From: Amoebidium appalachense
Taxonomy: Eukaryota; Protista; Ichthyosporea
Reading direction: 5' to 3'
Assembly (NCBI GenBank): GCA_963693365.1
Contig: CAVNZM010000007.1
Span: 8,119,962-8,183,961 of the forward strand
DNA length: 64,000 nt
The translations under genes and the position numbers were made by a program. Under the pieces are notes generated by a model, which did not search any database, was not told the DNA's origin, and worked only from the letters and a program-made list of their open reading frames with translations. Shown one piece after another: positions 14,311 to 46,849 of this stretch (the first letter of the stretch is position 1; each line of letters begins with the position of its first letter).

Positions 14311-15184
14311 CGAGTTCAAGGCATGTCCATAATGATGATATGCTAGGAAGGTGGAGGCGGGTAAGGGTAAGGGGGGAGGGAGGGAGGGCCGGGGAGGGAG
14401 GGGGGAGGGGGGGGGGGGAGGGGGGGATGATGAGATGTTTCTCTTGCCGGGTAGCACTCTACACGTGTGCACACATAGATATGTATCCCATGGATAGGAT
14501 ATCTATTGGTATCTACGTCCATCAGTGCATCACTATGCAGAGCAGGCATGTGCACATGCATGTTTATAAACTTAAAAAAAAAATAGGAATATTGTAGAAA
14601 ACTAAATCAAAATAGAAATATGGACAGTACTACATATGGTGCCACTTCTCGTGAGAGGTTTCATTCTGGGTAGGAGCGTACACGTGCAGCCGGCCTGTGT
14701 CACTTGCAAAACCTGAAAAATGGGTGGTTGGGCTATAGGCAATGGTGAAACGAGCAGCCTAGTGTTTGGTTGAGGGGGGTTTCTTTTCTGAGGCCCATCA
14801 TTCATGGGCCACATTCCACACATCCGGGCCATTGGCAAGCCATATAAATTAAAAATTTTGAACTGCAATCTTCTTTGTGACGCTTGCTTTTTCTTCTTTC
14901 CTTTTTCTTTCTTTCTTTTTTTTTCTTCTCTCTCTCTCTTCTTTTTTTTTTGGTTGTATCACGGCACATCCGTGCCTTGCAATTGCTTGCTGCCGGAAAA
15001 ACGTCTCGGTTACCGGGACCGGATCTGATGCGCAACAGGCAAATCACATAGCTAGAAGCCCCTCTGACCCGACCCGACCCGCAGACCTGAAAGAAACCTC
15101 CTTCAATGGTCTGAATCGTCAACGAACATATGACATAGTTATTTGGGATTGCAAAAAAGGATACATGCAGAAAAATGTACCGTA

Positions 15185-18100
15185 CCCATAGCTATTGATG
15201 CATCCGAAATGTACTCTGATCGGAGAACTTAGCGGCCATAAGTACTCTGACCGCAGTACTTTAGGAATGCTTGTTTCGGAAGGATACCGCGAGCTATTGG
15301 GGCCCAGGAGCCCGCTTTTTTTTGTACAGCCAGTAAGAAAACAAAAGTTTACACCTTTTTTGTCTTTGGTACGGTAACTAACAAGGCCTTCCCTAGCTTT
15401 TATTGGTTGCCGACGCTGTTGCAAGTTTTTGAATTCATGCTCGACAACAACATGATTCATGATCAAACGGACGAAACTTGCTGAGTCCGCGAACACAACA
15501 AGCCATGGGTTTCATGTGAAAGATGAGCGCCCAACATGGCCAAAACATTAGACCCAATAGAGTCACTTTATTCTGGAGCTCGTGTCTGTTGTTTTGCATA
15601 CATATTTGACGGGGTTCAGGGGGAAGATTTCACAGATGACACCACACGTTGTTCTTACAAGAAGTTCGGCCTGAGTTGGGACACACAAATACTGGTTGGC
15701 ACAGTAGTGAAACGATGCAAGACAAACGAAGGCAGTGAATGGAAAGTAAAGTTTGATTTTGACGGTACCACAGAAGTAGTTCTGCGCCATCAGCTAACTT
15801 TAATAGATGAAGAAGACAGTGAACACACAAGTAGCGAGCTAGAGAGTGATAGTGACGAAGATCCAGATGGAGACATCCAACAAGTAGAGATTCCTGTCAC
15901 AGACAGTGAGAATGAAGATGAGATAGAACTTGTAGATGAACAAGTAGAGTTACCTACCCCCACCGACCCCACGTGCACCTTGCAATGGACCATTCCAGAT
16001 GAGCAAGTACTTGACAAAAGAACAGGCCCACGCAGAAAACCAACCATTCCACTAGCACTAAACAAGCGCAAGAGTGTTCTGTGTTTGTTTGAACACTTCA
16101 TGCCTATGGAGTATCTCTTCACAGCAGTCATTCCACTCACAAACGAAGTAGGTCGTGCACGTTACAAAAATTGGGTTGACTTAACCCCGGGTGAGCTACT
16201 TAGGTGGTTGGGTATGTGGATTTACATGGCTGGAACATTCGAACCCGGCTCGAGATCGAACTACTGGACGTCGGCAGCAGAGAACCCAAGCCACATATTT
16301 CCCGTACACGACTTTGCCCGCTTCATGACCGAACACCGGTTCGAAAACATCCGTGCCTGCTTTACCGTCACCGACATCACTCAATATCCGGAGGATGATC
16401 CACTGAAAGACACACGCGGTTTCATGGAAGCACTGCAGAGTCGGTGCCGTTGCTCTATCGAGCCCGGGGATGAATTATGCGAAGACGAGGCCATCTTTGC
16501 CAGCTATCATTGCAACCTTCCGTGCCAAATCTATATAAAACGAAAACCCCACCCTCTCGGTCAAGAAATAAAAACTCTACACGACTGTGTAACCAACATA
16601 CTCATTAACTTCGAAATGAACGAGGGGAAGCTTAGGATGGCAAGCAAACCGTACCGACAGTTGGGAGCTGGAACAGGCACCACCTTGCGTCTTCTAACCC
16701 CAAGGGCCAACCCCACCCACCGTAACCCCAGAACGATCGTCGGAGACAGCTGGTTTGGGTCAGTAACCGGGACAAGGGAAGTGTACAAAATCGGATTCTA
16801 CGCACTTTTCAATGTCAAAACCGCAACCAGAGACTTTCCCCTCAACATGTTGGACCTTCTATGTGAGGAAGGACGTGGTGTATGGTCGGAGGCAGTGTGC
16901 AGTGTGGACGGAGTAGACCTCGTTGCGGTGTTATGGAGAAACAAGAACTACAGTATGAAAGTGATCACCTCATGTTCAAGTACTCAGCCGGGTCAATCGA
17001 GAAAAATCACGAAACGGAAATGACGTCCCCCAACCGAAAGCAGTCGAAGAATACTTCGAAAACTACAACATGGCCGATATATTCAACAAAACACGAATGT
17101 TAAACGGCTCTGTGGACGAAGCCTTGGGCACTAAACGTCACCAACTCCGCACCTTTGGGGGGCTTCTGGGGTTTGTAGTAGCAAACGTACACTTTGCATA
17201 CAGATACTTTGGCAAATCCACAAACACGAGCATGGACACAAGGCGTGAGCTAGCAGAAGCACTCATATGCAACCCCCACCTGCCTGCACTAGAATACCCC
17301 CTTCCCCCTGCTGCTCCTGCCCCCCATGCTCTACACGGACACCAGCGTGCCAGAAAAGAAAGAAAAGGTAGATGCGTTCTCTGCTTTAGGAACAAAGGGG
17401 AACGCCACCAGACACATACCTACTGCATCAAGTGTAATGTGTTTCTCTGCAATGATCAAACACGTGCATGCTTCGAAAACCACATCACACATGGTGTTCC
17501 TCCACGCACACGCACCCAAGTCAACACAAACACAGGCCCGGTACGATCACGCAGAAACACTACACGTTAAAGTACCTTCTGCCCACTGGTCAGTTTCTGT
17601 ACATTGCGCAACACTCATTTGTCGTTTTCGGATTAGGGGTGATTTGTTTGGTTTTTATTCGTTTCTTCGAAACTGTTTGTGGTAACTAGATGCTAAAAGG
17701 GTTATTTGAAGTGTGTGTACCGAAAAAAACGAATTTGAAAGCTGATGTCAATGTTTCTCAAACGAAAAATGCACCTGTGGTGCAAAAGCAACAACGTGAA
17801 CGTTTAAAGTATGCATCTTTGGCACGCATTTGTAACAAGTTTGACGTTTTTCTTGGCTCAGGCCTATGGCCTCCCGGTGCCAGAACCCGTAAAGTGCAAA
17901 ATAAGCCATACCAACAAGCATTCCGAGAAATTATTGTAGTCATGGGGTGCGCAAACACTACAAAGTTCTCCGTAAATTGAAGCTCAAAATCGTTGAATGC
18001 CTACCATTACTTACTAAGCCACTACCCCGCCAAGAATTTTTCTACGGTTTTTTTGTGATGTGCTTGTTCCCTGTCACGTTAGGGTAAAATGGTGAGAAAA

Positions 18101-18216
18101 AGAGAGTAACACGTGCAAAACTGACCCTGCGCCAGGCGTTTTTATATGATGACGTCATACAGTACTCTGGTTGGAGCATTTATCGATTCAGGTCGGATCA
18201 GTCTGGTGCTATAGGG
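15185..18216 (+). mobile_element. piggyBac-superfamily DNA transposon (ends tentative)
   Basis: Microsatellite-free ~3-kb block carrying an intronless transposase. Imperfect inverted ends CCC-ATAGC..GA..ATCCGA..TG (15185) and its reverse complement ending GGG (18216). GTACTCTG motif near both ends (~15211, ~15242, ~18162). No TTAA duplication visible; both flanks have TA. Confidence 0.6.
15536..17570 (+). pseudogene. piggyBac-type DDD transposase split by a +1 frameshift near 17002-17023
   Basis: ORF1 15536-17023 has LFEHF, ELLRWLG, RFENI, CEDEAI (D1), IKRKPHPLG, GDSWFGSV (D2). The +1 frame continues VPQPKAVEEYFENYNMADIFN (D3) into a C-terminal Cys-rich domain RCVLC..THTYCIKCNVFLC..CFENH. 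Removing one A from the A5 run at 17002-17006 fuses the two ORFs. Confidence 0.88.
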
Positions 18217-18432
18217 TAAACACTAACCAAGGAAACTCAAGGTGACGACACCCCCCTCCCCCCCCCCCCCCCCCCCACACACACACACCCGCCCGCCCGC
18301 CCGCCCGCCCGCCATTCAGAAATTCTATGCAAGTTTTTTTTTTTTTGGTGCATGCAATGGCAGCTGGTACTTTTCTTAACGGAAAGGGGTTGCACGAGGC
18401 TGGGTTGGAGAAGGGTTTTTTTTTTTTTTTTT

Positions 18433-18507
<75 letters not shown>

Positions 18508-19151
18508 TACTGTATCTGGTCGTGAAGCTCTCACATTGAACTTGGCTTTCAGAACTTGCGACACAGTCGGCGGTGCTAAATCGTATTTAAGGTGTGACCC
18601 TCCTGGCACAGATTTAACCATATATGGGAATGCTGGGGGGCCAGTAATTATTCCTGACGCCACTCATTCTAGTTTACAAAAATATCAGATTCATACACTA
18701 TTTACACAGTAAGATCTTACACTGAAAAAATCTGAAGGGCTCTAGTTTGATCCCAAAACAAATTGAACAATAGTAGACTTGGATAGGAAATATGCAAAGG
18801 TACCATGCGAGAGGTGAGCAGGTACAAACGGACCCATTTGTGATGTCCAATAAATAGCTGCTCCGTTTTGTGACTATCTTCCGAACAGATGCACACGACT
18901 ATCTTTTGAAAAGCAGAGGAAAAAAGGCCGGGGATGTTATAGGGCGTGGGAAACGACCAAAGCAAAAACCTAGCCTTGATAGCAGCAGACATGCGGCAAT
19001 CAGTAGGCCCGGAACTCTGCGGCAATATGTGCGTTGAGGTGTGTGTGAGAGAGAGAACATAATCTGGTTGTACAGGAAGCAGTTAAAGTGATATGCACAC
19101 GCTGTGGAGTATGCCAAAATTGAAAGTACTACTAGGTTGGCATCCCCCCCC

Positions 19152-19182
<31 letters not shown>

Positions 19183-19437
19183 ACACCCACACCCCAAGAA
19201 AGAGACAAAAAATAAGATACAATAATAATGGATAAACAGAGAACTTGTCCACCCAACTCTGGTGCATGCAATATGCATGGGTGACACGCCATGCCTGCGC
19301 ACAAATCTATACTCGCACTAAATTGTTTATGCCAGAAACCATACCGTTTCATCAGTCCCCACCAACCGTAGTCGGTTTTAGTTATCAGTTTCCCATTACT
19401 GGGTGACGCAACCTAAAGCGGAAATTTGTGTTAAAGC

Positions 19438-20684
19438 TCATATCTGCACAGCCGCACCTTCCTCCTCCGTGTGGGCAGCGCTCATAGTAGTCTGAATACG
19501 CCTCAGTGTGTTGAGATTCTTTAACATGGTGCCCTTCAACAGACTTAACCTTCTCAGGGATTGATCGGGCCGATCGGATTCCTGCCTCAGTTTGTCGCAT
19601 GACAAAGTGAAGATTTGCATTGCCCCCGTCCAGTCTCTCATCCAATCAGGAACCACCGCCGGCTGTGCCACACTGTCCACGTGACGTGGTGGAGCTTCGG
19701 GGCTAGAAGGTTCTGTGTGGGAATGGGTGGTGGGTGGGTGAGCAACGGATAAGTGTCTGTGTAAACAGACTGTGTGGGAGTTTATTCAAGAATTGATGCC
19801 CATGATGCCCGGAGAGCTTGCCGGAGAAACTCTTCATGTCAAAAAAAATCCTCCCGCAAGCGTGAATCTTGCTTAGAGAAACGCAGGTTTCGAGGTACAA
19901 CTCGAAGTTATGGGAGAGCCTCGGGGGAGGGGAAGGGGGGGGGGGAGGGGGGGGAGGGGAGGGGGGGGAGGGGGAGAAGGGGGGGACCGCAGAATGCACG
20001 GGGATGGGGGGGGAGGGGGGGGGGGGGGGGGGGGGGGGATTATTTGTAGGATTGGTGTAGGGTAATACACGCCCTTTATTGCTACGGGATTGGTGTAGAA
20101 ATGTCAAGTCAGGGGCCGGAGACAGTTTGGTTGAATAATGTTTGGTTCACAGTGTGCACGTGTGGATGAATGGGTCTGTGACTGCACCATGCATGAGTTG
20201 GCGTGTAAGCAAAAAATTGTCTATTATCAGCTGGGGTGCTTGTTTTTACGAAGGTGTGGTTCATAAGAACAAAGAAAAGATAATGTTTTTGGACGCGGGC
20301 AGAGGGGGGGGGAGAGGAGGAGGGAGGGAGGGGGGGTATTTGGAAAGATGGAGTACGTGATATATCCGGGAGCGTGGAGGGTATCGAGTTCGGGGTAAGG
20401 GGATCGGGAAAGGGTACGATATGTGATATATCGAAAGAAAGAACTGTGTGTGGCATCACAAGAGAGGGAGTATGTGATGTATTGAGAAGAAGGATGTGTG
20501 TGAGGTATTTGAAAATATACTCCGGGAGCTATACATGGCGAAAAATACATAGGAGTTATATATGCAGGCAGCATTAACCCACCAGTGCTCTCATCATCCA
20601 CCGTGGGTCCTTCCATGTATGCCGTGTCGAAACGCTCCATTGCTGACACCATCACTGGGCCAGTGCTGTGGCTACCGGCCATGC
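19438..20684 (-). CDS. Possible last exons of an unidentified gene
   Basis: Two non-repetitive blocks with AG acceptors: ~20684-20580 (MAGSHSTGPVMVSAMERFDTAYMEGPTVDDESTG) and 19702-19438 (PEAPPRHVDSVAQPAVVPDWMRDW...LRRLSLLKGTMLKNLNTLRRIQ...*). Joining them needs a weak donor. No homology recognised. Confidence 0.25.
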
Positions 20685-22700
20685 CTGGTGGAGGTACACA
20701 GTGAGCATTGGGTGAGAGGGGAGCGGGGAGAGAGAGAGGGGCGGGGGCGCGGGGGGGGGGGGGGGGGGGGGGGGGGTGAGTTCGAATGTGTTCGAGGTTA
20801 GAAAGTGTGAAATCACGACGGACACACAATGCAGATTTTGCAGTGCATGCACCAAGAATATGCATTATAGCCAGAGCATGTCCCCAGTGGGGCAGGGGGA
20901 TGAGAGGGAGGGAAGGAGGCGGGAGAGAGAAGACAAGTGAAGGGTGGGCGGGGAGAAGGGAATGGAGGCGAAGGAAAAGAAAAAATAGGGGGGGAGGGGG
21001 TGGGGGGTGATGTTGGTACCAGGTCCTTAGAAAAAGCGAGCATGTGGGCATAAGCAGAGCAATTAGTATTCCTTTGTTCTAAAGCCCCCTCTCCCGCCTG
21101 CCCCCCCCCCCCCCCCCCCCCCACCACCACCACTTTCCCCCTTTCCCCCCCCAGCCCCCACCACCATCCCCTCCCCCTCCCCCCCCCCCCCCCCCTCTCT
21201 CCCCCCTTCTCCTCCTCACCAAAAAAAAAAAAGAAAAGAAAAACGGTCCTCTCCCGGCTTGCCCTTCCCTTTTCACAGACACGTAATACGTTATAGAAGA
21301 GACATCTCTTGTGACTAATGGTAAAGGGCAATCCCCCCCCCTCCCCCCTCCCCCCGCTTGGGAAACATGCAAATCAGAGAACAAGCCCGAGTGCTGGCAC
21401 GAGGAGCAACCATCGTGGCAGGGAGGGAAGCGAAGGGCAATAAATGTCGTTCGTGCATATGTGGCAGTGCGTGTACGTTTATAACGTGGACGAGAGAAGA
21501 CGGAGGGGAAGTGGGTTAATTTGCTGGTAAGAAAGGGGGAGTGGGGTGGGTGGGGGGAAGGGGGGCTAGTGAACCCCCCCTCCCCCCCCCCCCCCCCCCC
21601 CCCCACCTCCAACCCCTCATCAAAAAGAAAAAAAGAACCCACAGAGAGGTAAAATCTCTTTTTCTTGAGTGCACTGTGAACGGTCAAGATGGTGCACACA
21701 CACACACACACACACACACATCACAAATATAAACCGAATCTGCTCTTTTATTATTGCAGAAATCCTATTTACCAGGAGCTCTGCAAGCAACAAAAATACG
21801 GAGGGGCAAGCAAGACAATGTACCATGATTAATGCCCTGGCTAGCAATTCGTATGCTGCATTTTTCTTTCATTGATGCTGTGTTTTTAGAAACGCCCTTT
21901 GGATAAATTGCAGAAACAATCTAGAAGTCATTGTTTGCGCGCATGTTCGTACCGAGGCTCTGTCAGGGTGTATAGAATCAGTGTCTGCCATGTTATCCTA
22001 ACGCGCATGCGGGACATGATAGGTATATATAGCAACGTATAGCACAGTCTGCTGTTGCAGTGCCTTTAAGTGGGGTCGGTAAAATGAACCTCCCTGAGAA
22101 GGCCAGGGTTTACGACAAGACTACTACTTACTAAAGGAGTCAGAGGATAGGGGGGAAAGGCTAGACGGAAAGCTCACCGGTAGCAGCTGGCAGGGCTGCA
22201 TGATGATATCGGTATGCCTCTGTTGCCGGCCCCATGTTGAAGCTCAAACAGATATGTATGGACGGCAAGGGAGTATGTAGCGCCTGCAATGATACCACCA
22301 CCACCGATACTATTATCGACAAGTGGTGTTTCGAGTCCTGTTGATGGTCGAATACAGTGTGCCGATTATAATAGCAACGGTGGCAAGTTTACTTCTATCA
22401 GTGTCAGAGCTAGAGAGAAAAAGTTAAGTATCTACTACCTTAAGTCGTAGCTAAAGGCTGCGATATAGCAGGCATACACATAAGCACTGCACTACAGAAG
22501 CTACAATAACATGTCTAAAAGTTACCAAATGTGTGCATGCATGTATTCGAATACAAGCAGTACAGTCAGTCAAAGGTTATCAATCGAAGCGTGTTCGTCA
22601 GTCTGCCAAATATGCCACCGTTCGCAGTGCCTTTTCGAGTTTCAGCCACTCTGAAATGACAGGAACCAACACCGATTGAGTAAAGAATACACAGTGTGTG

Positions 22701-22734
<34 letters not shown>

Positions 22735-23920
22735 ACGGTGCCACCTGGTGACCGGCTGCCAGCAGCAGGCTGGAGCTGTAGTAGTGTATGATTGGTGACA
22801 ACAAGTTTCGGCGGGGCCAATAGTTTGCGAGAGCTCATTGTGGTCTCATTGAAACCAAAGGCCTATTTTTTGTTATTAGCGGTTGTATGCGCGGAGTAGC
22901 AAGCTTCTGCTTATAGAAATACATAACTATTCAGTGAAGGTTTGCTTGTTTATTTCATTTTCCATCGAATTAGACCATGGCTGGCAACTTGGCAAGAGCT
23001 GCGCGGGCTGGCAAGCAGTCATTTATTGGTTATAAATCATTGCTAAACTGTACCGATTTGGTAATAGCCGTTTTTGGGCAGTCGAGCTGCTGCTTGATTA
23101 GTCCTCCAATCCGGCGATAGAGCAAGTCGAAGATGATTGGAGGAATAAAAAGCAGAGCAGCTTGCATCGATTGCGCAGTGCACACACGGTGACAAGTTGG
23201 CCCAGCCAAGAAAGTTTGGGTGGGCCACGGATGTAAACAACACACAAGCGCACGTGCACAACTATACACACCAACACCAGAAAGACACACGTGACACAAA
23301 GACACGCACGCACACACCTCTCACAAGGTTGACGTCACACACACGCACATACGTATTCAATATCGGAACACCGCGGCACAGTCGGCCGGGCTCCGGTCGG
23401 ACGCACATGTGTACGTGTGCACAGATAGGTGCACATGTGGCACACATGTGACCCCCGGTCACGGGCCTTCATTCATGGTGCTATACACTTGCACCTATCT
23501 TTGAAATCGTTATAGTCGAAACCATGGGGGCCGAAGCTTCGTTTGTTGTTGTTGGCAATGTTGTGGGGGGGAGGGGGGGAGGGGGGGGGGGGGGGGGGGG
23601 GGGGGGGAGAGGGAGGGGGGGAGGGAGGGGGGGAGAGAGAGAGACACAAGAGAGAGCGAGAGAGAGAGCAGTAGGAGGGAGAGAGAGAGGGTGTGTGGGG
23701 GGGGAGGGGGCGCGCGCGGAGAGGACTGAGGAGTGGGAATACACCATTTGTGCCACACAGCTGGGCCTCGAGGGCTCATGGCCAGCTAGCGGCGAACTTC
23801 AAGGAGGATGGTGAGGGGGATACTAATATTATTGCAATCAAATTTGAGCTAGTGTTGGCCAGAAAGAGGAGATGGAAGAAGGACACGGCTGTGTGCTCCA
23901 TTGGGGGAGGGGAACGGGAT

Positions 23921-24113
23921 TTTTTTTAATTTAAATTATCACGCTTTGTTCCCGGAGGGCCTAATGGTATACAGACCCTCTAGTAGGGAAACTACCATCA
24001 ACCACACAGCACCTACAGTACACTAATAGTTAGGGTGCTGTATGAGTTCAGCTAAAGTTAGTAAACCATCCTTTACAAAACCTAACTATAAGTACACATT
24101 TTGCCCAGGGTTA
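23921..24113 (-). mobile_element. Diverged copy of the poly(A) retroposon 3' end
   Basis: Colinear with 24514-24672 (TTATC.CG.TTTGTTCCC ... ACTACC ... CAGCACC.ACAGTAC ... TAGGGTGCT ... CCTAACTATA.GTACACA.TTTGCCCAG). T-rich tail on the left. No clear TSD. Confidence 0.7.
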
Positions 24114-24236
24114 CTAGGGGGAAGGGGGGAAGGGGGGAGCGGGGGGGGAGGGAGGGGGCTGCAGCTCACAATCCAATGGCATGCAGATATATACGGTGTG
24201 AAATGGAAGGCGGTATCCTCTGTAACGGTTAACGGG

Positions 24237-24273
<37 letters not shown>

Positions 24274-24494
24274 TGGTGTGCTACATGATTATTGTACAAT
24301 GTACATACGGTGGTCACCCACAATTGTGCTATTACCGTAACGCCAATGACATGGCACACGTGTGCACACCTGCACACACAGCAAAGACCCCCCCCCCCCC
24401 CCCCCCGCCCCCCTCCTGCCCCAGGGCCCCTTCTAATTCTGTTACGCCTGCCCACCATCACTACCAAACCTCGAAATCATTCGTATCATACATG

Positions 24495-24702
24495 TTTTTT
24501 TTTTTGGGTTTTTTTATCTCGTTTTGTTCCCCGAGGTACCCCTAGGGGCCCTCAAGGGGAACTACCGTCTTCCACCCAGCACCGACAGTACTCTAGCTAG
24601 GGTGCTACGATGCTATTAGCTAAAACTAACACACCTATAACAGTCCTAACTATATGTACACACTTTGCCCAGAGTATCAACCCCAGCCACGCCGGTGGGT
24701 AG
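24495..24702 (-). mobile_element. Short non-LTR retroposon insertion (SINE or 5'-truncated LINE) with poly(A) tail and 15-bp TSD
   Basis: Exact direct repeat TTCGTATCATACATG at 24480-24494 and 24703-24717. T11-GGG-T7 tract at the left end gives an A-tail on minus. GTTCCCC/GGGGAAC hairpin lies just before the tail. Confidence 0.85.
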
Positions 24703-25067
24703 TTCGTATCATACATGCATGCATAATAATTCATCCAGGGATAAGTACAATGTGATAATTATTATATAAGGTACAATCGTTCCCCTAGCGTGCCTAGATC
24801 TCCCTTGATAGGTTGGCACCCACCCAAGAACGTCGCTGGACACGTCGTTTATTAAGACAGTGGCAGTATAAAATACACATGTCATACCTTCACACATCAA
24901 CAAAACGGATTTAGTGTACAGGCGCCAAACTTGTGTGCGATTATAAAACAAACCATTAACTCGTACCATGTGCACTTAATTGGAACTAATATAATTTACA
25001 TGCTCCCAGCATGCAGTCTACTGTATATACCGCATCACATTCGGAAATTCTTACTACACACCAAGAG

Positions 25068-25100
<33 letters not shown>

Positions 25101-25265
25101 GGCCAACATTATCACCATATTAAACATATGCCGCCACAACCGACAACACCAATACACCATTTCCTAAACAACATACACACACACGTTAATATGAACACTT
25201 ACATGAATTTTTTCATTCAACCGCTTCGTGCAACCAAAAATCAAAACTTTTCTTTAGGAAACCAT

Positions 25266-44714
<19,449 letters not shown>

Positions 44715-45746
44715 CGTGGCTGGCTCTTGGCTGAAGGAGCCGTTCCTCGAGCCGTTAACGCAGTCCACATGGCCGGTTCGTAAAGTAACCCCTTTAGCCA
44801 GGTTCAAGTGTGCTCCATTACCGATAAATGCTTTTGCAATTAAACACTCAGGCGAGTGGGCGGATAGTTAGCTTTCGCTTTGTTGAATCTACACCGTAAC
44901 ACTTCAATCGAATTCACTACTGACTGAAAGTCTAATTAGGCTATAACACAGCGGACCGTCTTATATTGTAGTTCCCAACTTCAACTTGAACATTACAGGC
45001 TGCGGGATAACTTTGCTCACATTTGACTCAGAGACTGTAACACCGGGCGTAAGCACTTGAACGGTTGATTGGGTTGAACCTTTAAATTTGATGTTTGAAA
45101 GACCACAGTGGACACAGTCTTGAACGTTCATGTACAAACGTTACTCTCTGTAACTCTCGGTGACTGTGACGTAACAAACATGCTAAGGCTTCTGATTGGT
45201 TAGAAATGCATCACATACGTCATCACAGAGTCATGCTGACTTTCAAAGAGCCTGTCGATCGACTCTCCTTGGAGCCTCCGAGGGGGGTTGTTGAAACATG
45301 CCAACATCACGGGGCGTATGGTGCATGTATATGCCACGTGCACAGGTCCCCTGAGCAATCATTGAATTTAGATACATCACGCAGTACATCTTTCGTGGCC
45401 ACCCATCTTCCATGGATGACATGGGGGCATCAGTCAGGTCGTTCGATACTGCCACTGATTACACTTTTCCCCAAACTCAAGTCACCAATCAGCGTTTTAC
45501 TTGTTATTCAAACCAGCGGCGGCCGGAACCACGCCCAGCTATTATCTACGCGCACAGCAGCACGTACGCCATTACTATGCTAAGTATATAACCAATCTCA
45601 TTGAATGGCTCGTTATTGATTACTGTTTGTGCACACTAGTGTACATACCAGGCTAAGCCTTCAATATAATTTACTCAACACATGTGCTATTTGCTACACA
45701 GCAAGACACCAAAGGTGAGACTGCCCCGCGGCCGCATCATTTACAT

Positions 45747-46814
45747 TTAGATGTGATCGTCAAACAGGGCCAGAAGAGCCTTCTTGTAGTACCCGGAGGT
45801 GTCGGCCTCAATGTCCTCCTTCAAGCTCTTTCCATACTTCTCCTTGTACATGTTATCAATCTCCCGCCTCTCCTCCAAAGTGAGCAGGCGCATGGCACGA
45901 ATCAGCCGACGGTCACACGTGCCCATGCCCTTGAGTCCGGCATACAGACGGTCAAGCCAATAAGTAGTCTGCATGAAATCGGAGTTAATAGCTGTGCGCG
46001 GGGAAAACGAACGGGTTTCCTTGTACAGGCCACTAACAAGCACATCCATGTGGTGGTGGCTGGAAAGGCTACCGAGTGTGTATGCAGAATGTGAAGGTAA
46101 ACATGTGAGCGTTCGTGAGAGACCTGCAAGAAGAGGGTGAGGTGAGGAGAACAAGTGGGACATGGCCATGGGAAGAGCATAGAAGCAGCATAAGGAGCAG
46201 GTATGGGCAAGGTTAACCTTAGAGGAAACAACGGTGTATGTGTATGCAAGCGTATAGCTCACTCACACCCTAATTAAACGTGAATGAAAACTTGGGTTTA
46301 AACGGATGGGGGGAGGAGGGGGGCTAGGGGGGGCTAGGTGCACAAGTTGCATCCTCATCTTCTGCTCTAAAAAACTCCTGCGGGATAAGGTCTGCGTCTC
46401 TGCACCGCATAATGCGGGCTTGCAAAATCAAAACCAAAAACTTATCATCAGCAAACATTTTCCTTGAGTGGATCTGTTGGTGTAAAATCCATTGGGATGC
46501 AATAAGGGTCTCATACCTTAGGTGTGCACAGAGCATAGAGAACGTCCTCAAAGGTGCCATTGAACTCTTCGTCCAGACTCGACTGCAGCGTCTTGCCTTT
46601 GTGTTCCGCCTGGTACACCTCGGCAACCCGGGCAACGTGGGGGCGCGACCTGCGAGTCAGGAACTCAATGTACCTGTAGAAACAAAAGGTTAGATCGCCA
46701 CATCCTTTTCTACACACAAATAGAGATGGGAAGACTTGTGATCTAGACCTAGGGTAGGGAGCTATGATCAATTCATCCTCGTCCCCGGTCTGGTCTAAGC
46801 GGCAAGCTACCCAG

Positions 46815-46849
<35 letters not shown>

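Noticed and set aside
15119-15496. 125-aa antisense ORF at the left end of the transposon
   Set aside because: Non-ATG start, no recognisable motif, and it crosses the candidate terminus.
17015-17024. Programmed +1 frameshift at AAA-TGA-C in the transposase
   Set aside because: No precedent known to me in piggyBacs. A single indel in the adjacent A5 run is the simpler explanation.
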